From NCBI RefSeq assembly GCF_009914755.1, contig NC_060931.1: a stretch of 64,000 nucleotides of DNA; one strand, written 5' to 3'. The notes beneath the pieces are model-generated. The model was given only the letters and a program-made list of their open reading frames with translations. It was not told where the DNA came from and made no database searches. Each line of letters opens with the position of its first letter. Position 1 is the first letter of the stretch. The translations under genes and the position numbers were made by a program. The DNA is from the human T2T-CHM13v2.0 reference genome, Homo sapiens. Of this stretch, positions 13,881-26,620 are shown in pieces.

Positions 13881-16800
13881 AGTTTAACTTTAGGCAGTGT
13901 GGTCTGGCCTTAGTAATATTAGTTCTATTGTGCGTTACAAAGCTGGGCCTACAATTACCTTTGTTAGTACTGTTTATTTTGTGGATTTGGTCTGTTGTCT
14001 CCAAGGTGCCATCAGATAAAATTCCAACTTTCCTTAAAGTATAAACAAAATAATTCTTACAATAACTTACAAACATGAGAGACATCAATATTCTTTGCTC
14101 CTTCTAGTTATCTACTCTAATAAGAGCTGGTGTTCATTAAAGAAAATCTTTGCTTTTAAGTAAAAATCTGATGTTAAGGATCTCTCTTCATCTTAAGTTG
14201 TAATTTAACAATTAGCTCATGATTGCTTTTAGAATAAAAAAGAGAACAGCATAGATTAATTCTCTCTGAATCTCATCTGATTTACTGAGTAATTTATAAA
14301 AAGCTTCCTAAGGGTTAAGTATTCTGCACAGTAATCTGCATTATCTCATGTAATCCTTTCAAATTTTTGCAAATTATGTTTTACCACTTTAAAGATAAGA
14401 AAATGCATATTCAGAAAACCTAAGTAACTTGCTCATGCCATGCAGTCTGAAGCCAGATTCAAATTAGATATGCCTCATCCAAAGTCTAGGGGGTTTTAGG
14501 CCACTGAAATTCGAATGTAAGAGTGTTTTCTAATACCTGGGCTTAAACTAGCTGCTATGTTTCCTATGCCAAAGCTACAAACTAAATCCTTGAGCATAGC
14601 ACAGTGATGGCTGAGAGTTTAGGTACCAAGGATGGTAGTGAAACACATTTCTAAGTCCCAGAAATCAGGCATGACAATAGATTTCTCTTTTATTTTTTCA
14701 TACCAGTTGTGGAGGTAAGGTTACCAAGGCAAAGGAGCCCTATGGTTAGAATATCCTGAAATAGGTGTTAGAACTAGGGCTGAAAACTTCTCGAGTAATC
14801 AGTTGTCTTGGCCACCATAGGGCCATATGAAGGAAAGATATCAATTCTGCAGAGATGTCTTTTCTTGAAGTCATCACTGTTTTTGACCAAAAATGTTCTC
14901 TTAATATCAGAGACTGCAACACTTGGTGTAAATGTGGTATGGACATGTCCTGTTCATTCCTAGTCCAGAATATCCAGACTATAAAATATCCAGTCTTGTC
15001 ACTATCATTCCTATCATGAGTGCAAAGAATAATGCTCACTTAAGACTAAGGAATTAATAATAACACTGATGTTTTCTCTTATGCCTCCAATGTTATTTAA
15101 GGCTTTACTGTGAAAAAAAATATCAAAATAACCATCATCCTTTGTATAAGGTACAGAGTATTACAAAGTGTCATATGTTACACTAGAAACTACTAACTTA
15201 TGGCCCTGTCTATTAAAACCAAGAAAATAATCTAAATCTTCATTCTGCACCCTTTGGAAAATATTATAAATGGTATAATTTTAGTTTAGTTTTGTTTTTA
15301 ACTCTCAGAGACTGAAATTATAAGACTTTAACACTGGGATGGCTATGTATGAAGGGGCATGCATGCATGCAAAGTGATATTTCTGGATTCCTGCAGACTA
15401 AATTCCTCTATTAAACCACAGAAGAGTTTTATATACAAAGATAAAGAAATACATCTTTGCACACACTCCCACTAAGAAGTCTCAATGATGATTCCTTTAA
15501 ATGTCTTTGATGAAATAAAACTGACTGAGCAGATTGTTAGCAATAATTTTCACCAGTAACAACCAATTTCATGGTTTGGTGCTTTATTATGTGGTCATAG
15601 AACTGAGGCCACCAAGTGATCTCATCCCAAAAAGAAACAGAGGCCCTCTCTGTGTAATACTCTCAGCTCTGACTAGATGACAAATCTGACCTGGATAGCA
15701 AAACAACAATATGACAACATAATTTTTAAAGCATATTTCATTATGACATCATAGCTGTTGAATATATTTATTAACAAAGAACAGGCATTGATTATATATT
15801 ATGTATAGAATACTTCCCTTGTAAAGCTGAAAAAATGATTTGATACACATAAATTTTCCACTCCAAAATTGACCCAGTTCATATATAAATTCACTGTTTA
15901 TATATGAACTGTTTTTTCCTAACCCTGAGCTTCCCTCACCCTATTACCATACTAAAAGATAACTGTTTTCCCACTGTAAAATGCAACATCCAGATAAGAA
16001 TTTAATAATTCATAGAAACATTTGGGGACTTTCATATATCCAGATGCACTGATGTGATACATGGACAATATTTGTCTGTAGCAAATATAAAAATGCAAAT
16101 AATAGCACTCTAAAATTCATAGGAAGGCTCTCTCCACAGAAAGCATATTTTATATAAAGCAGACTCAACAAAACATATTGTAATTTCTCACAACTTATCC
16201 AGTGATATTTTTTATAATATAAACTATTTCTTAATAAATCCACCACTTAATTCTCACTGTCTCTCCCTGAAGCTCTGGGCACATAGGCTAGTGTTTCCTC
16301 CTGGGTCCTATTTAATCACTCTGCTTATGAATCATGTCTTATGACCAGTTTTTATTTATTAACACCCAGAGATGTGTGACTAATGTCACTATTGATAATA
16401 CCAGGCTATTGGATGAGGAACCAAAGCTATGAGCTGGGTCAGGAAAAACTGGCTCAGTCACTACCTCATGTTTTATTTGCCTTGGGTATAAAATAAATAC
16501 CATGGCCTCCAGAATGATCATTCAGAATATTTATTTAACATTGTGCTCTTTTAGAATTCTCTGTCAATTATTTTCTTGTAAATGGAATGAATTCTAAAAT
16601 GTGTGTTGTAGAGTGAATACATGTAACAAATCGATATGTGTACACTACAGCAAAAAAAAAAAATATATAGGCCATGAATCTTGGAAAATTCACATACAAT
16701 GTAATCATCTTCTGAGTTATTATAACTAGAGGTCAAAGATATGGAAGATGAAATTTGGAGTGAGTGCAATCTATCAAGATAAATCATATGTTTTATGCGA

Positions 16801-16959
16801 TTTAAGAGCAACTTTATCCTGTCTTCTATATTAGCATTATCCTAGCACTTGTTGAAATATAAACTCATAACATTTTCAAGGTTTTTCTCTTTAGGACCTG
16901 TTTCCTTCCAATTTTCTCACTTTGTATCAGTCTGCAAAAACATTAATAATATAAATAGT

Positions 16960-17170
16960 TTTTAGGTGATAAGGTGCATTCACAGATATTGTTGTTTCAC
17001 TTGATTATCTCAAAAACCCAGTAAAATGTACAGGCAAATTACCATTACTACCCCTATTTTCAAATAGAGGAAACTGAGATGCAGACAATTAATTATCATT
17101 ATTATAAGTGGGGAGTACAGAGCTGGAGTAGAGGCCTCTGATTTCAAATCCTGAGCTCTCTGAACTATGA
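16960..17170. mobile_element. MIR fragment
   Basis: CCCCTATTTTCAAATAGAGGAAACTGAGATGCAGA MIR core. Confidence 0.7.
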
Positions 17171-18170
17171 TAAATCTGTATTTAATTGATTATAATACCC
17201 AATACAGATACACTAATTAACACTCTATCACAAGTTCTATCTGCATAAGTATATATTCCATGTTTAAATCTACATGTATAATGTTAACATATTTTAGGAA
17301 TGCTCTTCTGCCATATCCATGCCTTTATTTAAATGTCTCTTCACCAACTATTCTAGGAGAACATTTTATGCTTAAGCAGCAATTCTCCTTGATTTCTGCA
17401 ACTGCATTCTTGCTTATTGAGACTTCAAACACCTACCCCTGTCTGCCAAGCTCCCATGATTGAATTTCTGGGGCTTTCCATGTACATCGGTATTTCTTGC
17501 TCAACATAGGTCTTGGCTTATTTGTTTTTTCTTCTCTGAGCTCCATTATCAAGAAGCTTATTTTTGCCTTCCCTGTAACCTCATTAGTGCAGGATGGTGA
17601 AAGATAAGGAGAGAACAGATATCAACAGAAGGAAGTAGATGAATCCACCAGGACTTTTCTCCCTTCATTCTCTCTTTCCTTGGTTTCTGTCCTGAGGACC
17701 ACAGTATTTTTCAAAGAAACCCTTGGGGAAGAATATTAAAATTTTGCATTAATCTCACCAATATTACCCTATTGAGCTGGGATAAAGTTAGCTATAATGC
17801 ATAACTATTCATGAACTTTTAAATATTTGCCTGATACAGCCAAACTCAACTCAAATCTTGACTGAAAATTTTTACAAAGCAGGACAGCATCTTGCCATTT
17901 TAATCTTTGCTACATTTTTACTTATTAATGTAATTTACCTTGTAACTAGAAAATACATTAAAAGATTTATGTATTGCTTCAACAAGAGTAATTATCTCAT
18001 CATTTTATCCACCAGGCTTGCCCTAAGCCAGTATATTTTCTTAATATTAGTGTGCAGTGAGATATTCAGTTAGAAGAGAGAGGGATTCAATATTACCCCA
18101 TTGGGGCACAAGGCAGTAGGAAATCAACTAGAAAATATTCCACACCTCTTACTACCCTTGTACCTTGTCT

Positions 18171-18173
<3 letters not shown>

Positions 18174-18204
<31 letters not shown>
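18174..18204 (+). repeat. (CT)n microsatellite
   Basis: Pure CT run. Confidence 0.95.
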
Positions 18205-18210
<6 letters not shown>

Positions 18211-20881
18211 TCTCCTCTTTAATCCTAATGATCCCTTCCTTTCCAGCTCTAGTTAAGAACATGTCATTCCCAGAAATAGTAATGGAGAATGAAGGGGAGA
18301 GGAAAAGGGCAAATCTCTGGACATTTTTTTTCTGAACATATTTTTATATAATTTAACTCACGCTCTGTATATGATAAACTTTCTCCTCCTCCTTGGGAAG
18401 AAACAATAGGCTTGTGTTTTCATCTTAAAAGTGAAGAATATGAGAAAAATGCCTGCCTTTCTCCCATACAGCTTAGATCATTAACTGTGAAAAGAATTTC
18501 TGAATTATTCTAGTAGGCTATCTCCAGGGAGCCTCCTGGATTTCCTTGCTAGTGGTCAGGCAGCGGTACAGAGATGCTATATGACATATACCTAGTGCCT
18601 CTTATATTGAAAGATTATATACTCATTTAAATATTAATTACTTAATTCACTCGCTACTGAACACTTGTCGTTACTGACATTAGTCAAGTCAGCAAAAGAT
18701 TAATCTGTAATATCTTATTCCTAGTTTTTGAAGACTTCTAAAATATTCACTGAATTCCAGAGTCTAGAGAGATAAATGGGCTGTTCATATTGTATTGGTG
18801 GGACTGAATATCCCTCCTCTGACAGTATATATGCTCTTCTTTTCACTGAGGCCCCTGAGGTGCAGTAGGCATTTGCTGCTTCAGGTAGCATCTCCAGTGT
18901 GATCTCTTAACTGACTTTACTAACTAAATTGCACAAGTAGGAACATTCTATTTTCAGGTAACTCTCTCTATTCTGCCTTTGTATAAAAACATCATATTGT
19001 GCATTTTCAGCTGGTTCCATTAAATTCAAAGTTAAGGGAAATCCTGTGGGAGTTTTCAGTCTATTGTACATATAGATACTAGCGGTTTTACTCTCACACC
19101 ATATGACACCACTCATAACATCAGTTACAATTATTTCTTTGAATATAAGTGACATAATAAAGATGAACTCGATAATAGTATTATGCATAACATTTACTTG
19201 TATCAGAGAACTTTGGTATTTTTTGATCAAATTATTAACTCTCTTATGAAATATTAAAATGTGACCTGTTGGAAAACACACTGATATTGAACCATGAAAA
19301 CACAAGTACCCCAATAATAGGGTATAAAATGTTAATACTAGATATAACAGAATTGTAGCTTGCAAAAACTGGCAGCTTATCTACTTGTCTACATAAGAAA
19401 AACAATCAATTATATTTTTTTGCATTTTTATTTGTCCATATTCCATCACATCAAATTTGTACATGTTGACATCTTTGATGATAAACTTCTTAGAAATAGG
19501 CATTTTGATACATACCATGATACATCTTCCCAAGTTAAAAGATTAGTGTTAATTCTGGGCACTATATTTTAAACACTTTACCAATTTAGTATCAATGGAT
19601 TTCTTAAATTTATATTATCTACTGGATAGTATTATAGGAAATCTATTTAAACTAAGAAAACATCCACTATTCTAAAAATGAAAAAATTTCTATAGTCAAC
19701 ATTTACTGAAGATTGTCCAATAAAAAGACAAAAAGGCCAAACGTGTCACATAAAATTGAGGACTCCCTTTTTGTTTCTCCTGATAAATATTCTACCTGTA
19801 CTTAGAAAATACAAGCTTCTGTTCTTTCTACAGTGGGGGACAATTTAAAAGCTTACACAATTGAAAAATGATTCTTATGTAATCCTGAGTATTACATCTG
19901 CTATCTGTCTCAATGTGTCAATGGCTAGTGATAATAAATACTTCTTTGCTGACAATTTATTCCGAATTTATATTAAGTCAGCAAAGTCACTTTCTCTGAG
20001 CATGGTTTTGTTTATTATTTGTTTGTTTACAGGAGGAATTACCAAACCTATTCATGACTGGCTTGTATTGGTCCTGATGCAAAATCTGTCTTTTAATCAT
20101 TTATTTATGAGTATGATGTTGCTTTACAAGACAATTGTAGAATGAAATATTTAAACATTTGCTGTTAGATCTTCATTAAGGCAATATAAATTTACACTAC
20201 AAATGCTAGTGAATACTAATACTTTAATCCATATTAGCCATTTTACAAGCATTGTCATAAACTATTTTCCTTTGCCACACATGAAAAAATTCTAATAATC
20301 AATTCAACTGGAAAACTAATTTATATTAGTTGTTAATCATTTTAATTACATGATGATGACAGTTATGGGTAGGGCATCATTTTTCTCCTCGGGATTTTTA
20401 TTTTCTCCTCTTACCTCCATTATGGAAACAAAACAAAACAAAAACAAAAAGAACAAATTGCACCCCTATTTCTATAGCCCTTTCCCAGCATCCTTGTTTC
20501 TCATATGCATAAACTGATATTTAAATATCTACTGTTAACTTGGTGGATTCAGCCTCTCAAGGCTATTTTCAACCTGCTTCCTCCCTTCCTGTGTTCCGCG
20601 GGCTAGTGAGTGAACTCCTTATTGATAAAATCCAATGTTTACAGACAAAAATAACATCTCTAAGTTGACATGTGATTTTGCACTGTTTTCAGATGAGGTG
20701 AGTATGACACATTAATCAGAGGTACTTAGAATTTTAGGTCAGTTTTGCAATAAATTTTTCAGGTGCATTTTAAAGGTCTTTGAAGACCATAAGCCTATGT
20801 TAATGTTAAACGACTTTTTTTTTCTTTTTTCTTTTTCTTTTTTTTTTTTTTTAAACAAAAGGATCTGGAAAGGTAACCTAC

Positions 20882-20996
20882 CTTTATGTGACAGGCGTAA
20901 CCGGGGGTGGGTAGTATCAGCTGTATGACCTCCTGTCCAAAGCTCCAGTAAGTAACCCCACAGGAGCAAGGTGATAATGTGCCCCGCGGATGCCAT
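20882..20996 (-). CDS. SEMA3E: Semaphorin-3E, first coding exon (signal peptide and N-terminus; 115 nt, phase 1)
   Basis: Encodes MASAGHIITLLLWGYLLELWTGGHTADTTHPRLRLSHK, with the class-3 semaphorin PRLRLSHK motif. Strong Kozak context (AGCATGG). Donor AAG|GTAGGT at 20882/20881. Confidence 0.96.
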
Positions 20997-21590
20997 GCTG
21001 CCGTGTTCACCGTCCAAGCCCTCGCTCCTCACTTTAAGGAGGGTCTGAGTTTTACTTAGGACTTCCCTCCAGGGGCAGCGTGCGAGAGGCTTTGTCAGAA
21101 ATCGAACGCGTTGTCATCAGAAAGCACAGTTCCGAAGTGCCATTTGTCAGGCTGTATTTGGCTATGTAAAACCTTTCTTTCCTCGGGACAGTTGTTTATA
21201 AGCCGGGAGCAAGAGGACATTCCAAAGAGTGAGTCTTCAGAGCCATGTCCTGTCTAGAGCGCTCTTCAGCAACTACGCCGGTAGATTCAGGAAGAAGCTG
21301 TATTTTTCAGTCACTTGGGCAAAGCTGTTCATTCAGAAAAAAAAAAAAAAAAGAGAGAAAAAAACAAAACCGAGCACACGCACTCCCTTCTCCCGTGGAG
21401 GTCCTCTCTTCGGGCTCCTGGAAGCCTCTCAGAAGTCAGCCTCTTGCACTGACTTGCCAAACTGCTAGTTTTAATTCACCTTTCACCTTGCTAATTAAAA
21501 ACAAGAAGTGCCATTCCCTCTAGGAGTCGCAGGATCCACCCAGCAGGGATGCAGTCTGTCAGTGGCTGTTTACAGGAAAGTTCAGGCAGG
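20997..21590 (-). other. SEMA3E: SEMA3E 5' UTR / leader (TSS position approximate) with multiple uORFs
   Basis: Locally GC- and CpG-enriched sequence contiguous with the CDS; uATGs at 21117, 21143, 21220, 21246, 21332 and 21514. Confidence 0.65.
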
Positions 21591-21760
21591 GTTGAGCAGC
21601 GTACTTGCTGTTTCTAGGAAGTATTTCTGGTCCACGTGCCTCGCTCCCATCCTCCCTCCCAGTCATAACCAGCCCCACGTTACTCAGCAGCAGGAGAGAA
21701 GTCCACATTTTGATGGGGGAAATGGGGAGTTCGGGAGGGGTGATGACATAGACTGATTAT
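21560..21760 (-). promoter_or_regulatory. SEMA3E proximal promoter region
   Basis: Edge of the GC-rich block; forkhead TGTTTAC 21567-21573, E-box CACGTG 21633-21638, MARE-like TTACTCAGCA at about 21680, G4 motif 21715-21740. Confidence 0.55.
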
Positions 21761-24539
21761 TTAAGAATAGGTGACAGACAAGGATGTGGCATCAGAAAGC
21801 GCTTTTAAATTCTTACCAAGATAAATTGACCTAAGTTGAATAAATCCAACTTCTTTTGAAAATAATCTATTTGTAACCATCCAGAATCCAAATTCTGTTT
21901 TTCACTGTTGCCATAAGGTTTTTTTCAAAATTAAGTCTTTTTCTATTGCTTATATCTTAGGGATGTTATTTTTAAACTCTTTTAAGAAAAGTGTGTTTCA
22001 AGAGCCTGAAAAAAAAAAGTTCATCTGTGACTGTCTCATAAATTTGATAGAAATGATAAATTATTTACTTAAGCAAATTGGTCAAATGAAATTAAAGGCA
22101 AATCCTTTGTCCTAAAGCAATTCCTAAATTTTACTTCAAATTTAGGAATGTTGAAGTAATTTCCCCCAGGTAAGGTAACTGGCAAAGTTGAGATTCACCA
22201 CCCAAGGGATTTCTATAAAGCAGGTATTAGAAAACTTAGGATGTGCAATACCTTAGGATTCAACTGCTATGGACTTCCAGAGTTGATTTTCCAAGGCACT
22301 GTGTTTGTGTAAATAAGCTTAACACAATAGGTCAACTTTACAATCTACCTTCAATCAATCTCAAAAACTAAGCCAAACACTCAGGAGCTGTTGGCATGGA
22401 AATGAATGGTATTATGTTAAGATACCAATAAACTTGAATAGATATTTGATTTGATAGTGGAGAGTTAAATGGTAAACACTGATCTCAACTATGATAACTT
22501 TTTCTTATTCTGTATTTTAAATGCTAATAGTTAAAAACTTTTTGAGAATTATGTTTTAAAATCACGAAACTATAACAAAAAGATAACATGTGTCACCCTG
22601 ATATTTTTGCATTATATAGAAGCATATGTACAGCCAGGCATTCTCTACCCATTTTTCTAATCATGAGATGTTCTTGTACAAGCAGAGTATATTTAGCAAA
22701 ATGTAAATGTCACTGGACATTATAAATAATTAGATTTCCAAGGTCTACAAAAGATAGCAAACTCTAAACATTATTTAACAGTAAAATGACATGAAGTTAT
22801 TTAGAGACTTTTAACCTGGAATGCTTGCATATTTTAAAAGCCAGTCTGATGAGCTACAGACCTAAAGGTTGCTCTAAATGTGATACATTGTACCTTCAAA
22901 ATTCTCTTTTGCTTTCTTCTAGGATGGAAACAAATGACAAAATAAATAGCAGCTCTTATATGTGTTATCTAATAGTAGGATTATAGGAAAAGTAAATGTG
23001 GTGCCTACACCTTTTATTGCAAATTCATGGCTACTCTCACATAGCTGAAATTCTACTTAAGATTGCATAGTGCCTGTCCTAACTCTACTATAGAACTGAG
23101 ACAATGTGAGACATTACAATCATTTCATTAGTACACAAAATATGCACCTCTAAAGTGTTGACAAGAGAATATATGTTATGAATGCCAAGATCTGTCTTTG
23201 GTTTTACATCTCATCCTTCAGATTAAGTTGGAGCAATTTAGAAGTAAATGCCAGAATAATGGGTTGTTTAGATTCCTCAAAATGTGCTTTGGCTTATCTG
23301 CCAGTTGTCAATGTCCTTACTTATTTCTTTTAACTACTCTTTATGTCCTTTTACCTTTATCTTTATCCTATAGAAAATATATAGATGATGCCAAAAAATG
23401 ACTGTTAAGAAAACTATCTATAGTCTCAGTTTCCCCTATGTGGCATTAGCAATGGAATAAAGAGTCTTTGGGACCAAATTAGTCACTTACATCATAAAAT
23501 AAAACAAGAAGAATCCTCAGAAGTAGAGTCATCAAATAGCTCATCATCTAAACAAGACTTTTTTTGAGAATAAAAGAGGCTTCTATTCATAATTACACAC
23601 AAATCAATAATACTATAGACAAATCACAACATCAAAATCTGAATCCTTGGGAGCCATTTCTAGATACTCTTGGGAAACATGGAAATAGAAAATTAAAAAC
23701 AATAACAACAACTGACTCACCACCAACAGTAAGGGAAGAGCTTTAGTGGACTGAAAAACTTTGGAGTTACCAACAATATCAGGTGATGTTACTGTATTTG
23801 ATTTGAGAGGATCCAGGCTAGCAGTTTGAACAATATCAGACAACAAGGAAAACCAGGGGAGAAGATAAATGCCAATTAGAAAGGAATTGATTGCCAGGTC
23901 AAGGGTTTTATTCCAAAATCTCTCATTCTTGCTAGTCTTACATCATTGTATGAAGAGCAATCTCAGTCTGGTAGAAAAAGGAGAAAAATAAAAAAAGAAA
24001 ATTGGGTACTCATCAGGAGCTGCAGTCTCCCCCATGATGGGTTCCATCACTGGTTCTCCAATTTCAACAGCAGAAAATCAACTAGCTTCTACAACAAGCC
24101 CTCCCAGGAGGCAATCCCATACTATCTGCTGTTGAATCAACCTCAGGTACTTGTTGAAGAACAGCTTGCTATGCCCCACCTCATGTTCCCAGTTTGCCTG
24201 AAATTTTACGTTCTAAGATTTGTGTTTGACAGATGTTCCTTTAGGGCAGTGTTACCAAAACATTAGGCATCTGTTTACCACATTCACCATTTTTAGTATA
24301 ACACATAGTATCTGCAATTAAACTTAAATTAATATAAAATGAAACCATTACCTCATAGGCTTCATGTCCTACTTGTATTTTTCAAATACATGCAAAAACC
24401 AAACAGTCGTAAAAGTTTGTTTCTACATGACTTAAAATTATCTTGCATACTGTGGGAGACAGTACCTATCAATATTCCTTCAATATCGTATCATCAATAT
24501 TCATTCCTGGGTATATGGGAGACTATACTTTCCAGCTCC

Positions 24540-24875
24540 TTGGCAGTCATGTGAATTCACTTGACTAATTCTAGCCAAGGAAATATGAGCAGAAGTGATA
24601 TGTATCACATCTGGGCTGAGGCAGTGAAATATTCCTAAGAAATCATTTGGTCTTTCTGAAGCCCTTTCTGTGGCAAAAGAGGAGAACTTACCTTGAAATG
24701 GTGGCAGGATGAAATTGAATCATCTTACATTACTGAATCACCACTGGAGACAGCTACCCTAGAAAGTTACTCAGACTCACAAGAGACTTTGTATGAATGG
24801 GAGGAAACATGTTATGTTAAGCTACTTAGTTTATTTGTTACCACAGCAGAGCGTAGCCTCTCCTGACTAAATGCA
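24540..24875. mobile_element. MLT1-type MaLR LTR fragment
   Basis: GAGCAGAAGTGATATGTATCAC…TGTTAAGCTACT…TTTGTTACCACAGCAGAGCGTAGCC…TGACTAA. Confidence 0.6.
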
Positions 24876-26349
24876 CACACTGTACCTACTGTGCTTCAGG
24901 GAACATGCTTTTGGACAAACTTAGAGCATTAACAAGTTGCTGATGGGGTATTACGGTGTATTCCATTCTATGTGCCACTAAAACTTACTTCAGCAGAAGT
25001 TATTCATACAGACAGGCAGAGATGTGGATACTTGAGGGCCAAGTAAGAGGTAAAGTAATTCCCTGTGCCACTTGTAGAATGGGGTGGAATATGCCTTTAG
25101 CTTTTCCAGTTGAACATTTACACAAAAATGATGACATATACATTATTTATAGGTGGACAACATTACACAGTACTACATCTGAAGAACATTATGATTAAAA
25201 GCATTAAAAAAAACCAAACTATCAAAATAGCAATAATAATTACCCTTTTTATAACTAAACACAGAAATACATAAATTTTATAAATATATAAGGGCTTAAA
25301 ATACTTAGATAACATAACTTCTCTGTGGTAGTTATGGCATTTCAGCTTCACTAATCTCTCTTCTATTCCTGCTAGCCCTGCTATCCCAATGACCTCCAGT
25401 CTGGAGCACCTCAAATGTCCCACCAATAAGACCTGCTGTTGCTGCTGCTGCCGCCATTGCTGCTTCCGGGTTTTACAGTTCAGGACTGCTAATGCTTTTA
25501 TTGGTCATTCTATTCAGATGCCTTATATCACAGAATTTGTAAAGGATCTAGAGTCTGGATTGACTGTTTCCCACATTCAGTGATTCAGGCAGATAAGGAC
25601 AGATAACTACATCACTCCTGATTTGTATGCTGCTAAGCGTAGTCCCGGAGAATGGCATTCCATCAATTAGTACCATATACGATCCAATCATTCACCAATC
25701 ATTCACCCGCCTGAAAGAGGTTTGGCTAATGTTATTTTGATGTTATCATTTGGATGGCTGACAATCCAATAAGTTGGCCTAGTATTTTTCCATTTTTGAC
25801 CAGCTATTCTAAAAAGCAAAAAAGACTCATAAAATTTTAATGAAATTGCTCTCATAAAATTTTAAAATTCTTTGTTTCCAAATTATACTAGGTTTATTCT
25901 CATTTTCTTTTAGGTCTTTAATAATAAAGAAAAGCAGAATAAGCATTTGGAGCCAATATAAGCTTTAATGAACTTTAATCAAAGAGCAGTCATGATTTGC
26001 ATGCCTTTTCATGGCAAAATGAAATGATTAATTCTGAAAATTCTATAATATACAGGCCCTGGGAGGTTTTCCTATACTCTTCCTTATAGGTTATAGAGAA
26101 TTCCTTAAAGAGACAGAACTCCAATCAGTTGCTTTAAAAAATCTAACATTCTATTAAAAAAAAAAATCTGACATTCTGAAAAAACACTTCTATAATATGT
26201 TATAATTGATGGGTTTCTATGTCTTTTGTTATACATATTTGTGAGTTACTGGTGGCACCAGTGGTGAATTGGTTATAATATGTTACTATTAATCTCAATA
26301 TCTAGCACTATACTCCAAACTGATTCCACTTTAAAATGAATAAAAATAA

Positions 26350-26620
26350 TGATTACTGTTAACTTTTTGTTTTCTATATGCTAGGCAGCATGCAAGGCAT
26401 ATTCATATAAAATCCAATTAAACCTAGAAAATCACTCGATGCAATAGGTACCATTTTTATTGTCACTTACACAAAACAGAATGTAGGACACAGATGTCAG
26501 TAACTTAGTTAGTTGGTTAACTGCTTAGTTAGTAACTTGCCTGAAGAGAAACACCAGTAAGCAGCATAATCGCCATTTTAAACCCAGACACCAGGGTCCA
26601 TGTTCCAAACATTCCAATTT
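26350..26620. mobile_element. MIR fragment
   Basis: CTATATGCTAGGCAGCATGCAAGGC…AGTAACTTGCCTGAAG…AAACCCAGAC. Confidence 0.6.

Noticed and set aside
15357-15371. Tandem TGCATG (RBFOX-like) motifs
   Set aside because: Short GCAT repeat deep in the intron with no nearby supported cassette exon.
18907-19365. 152-aa minus-strand ORF
   Set aside because: Non-ATG start, AT-rich intronic composition, no recognisable domain and no clear exon boundaries.
20997-21032. N-terminal extension MRSEGLDGEHGS in track ORF 20739..21032
   Set aside because: It starts at GTG. The strong-Kozak ATG at 20996 gives the recognised signal-peptide start, and the ORF's C-terminal part is intron read-through.
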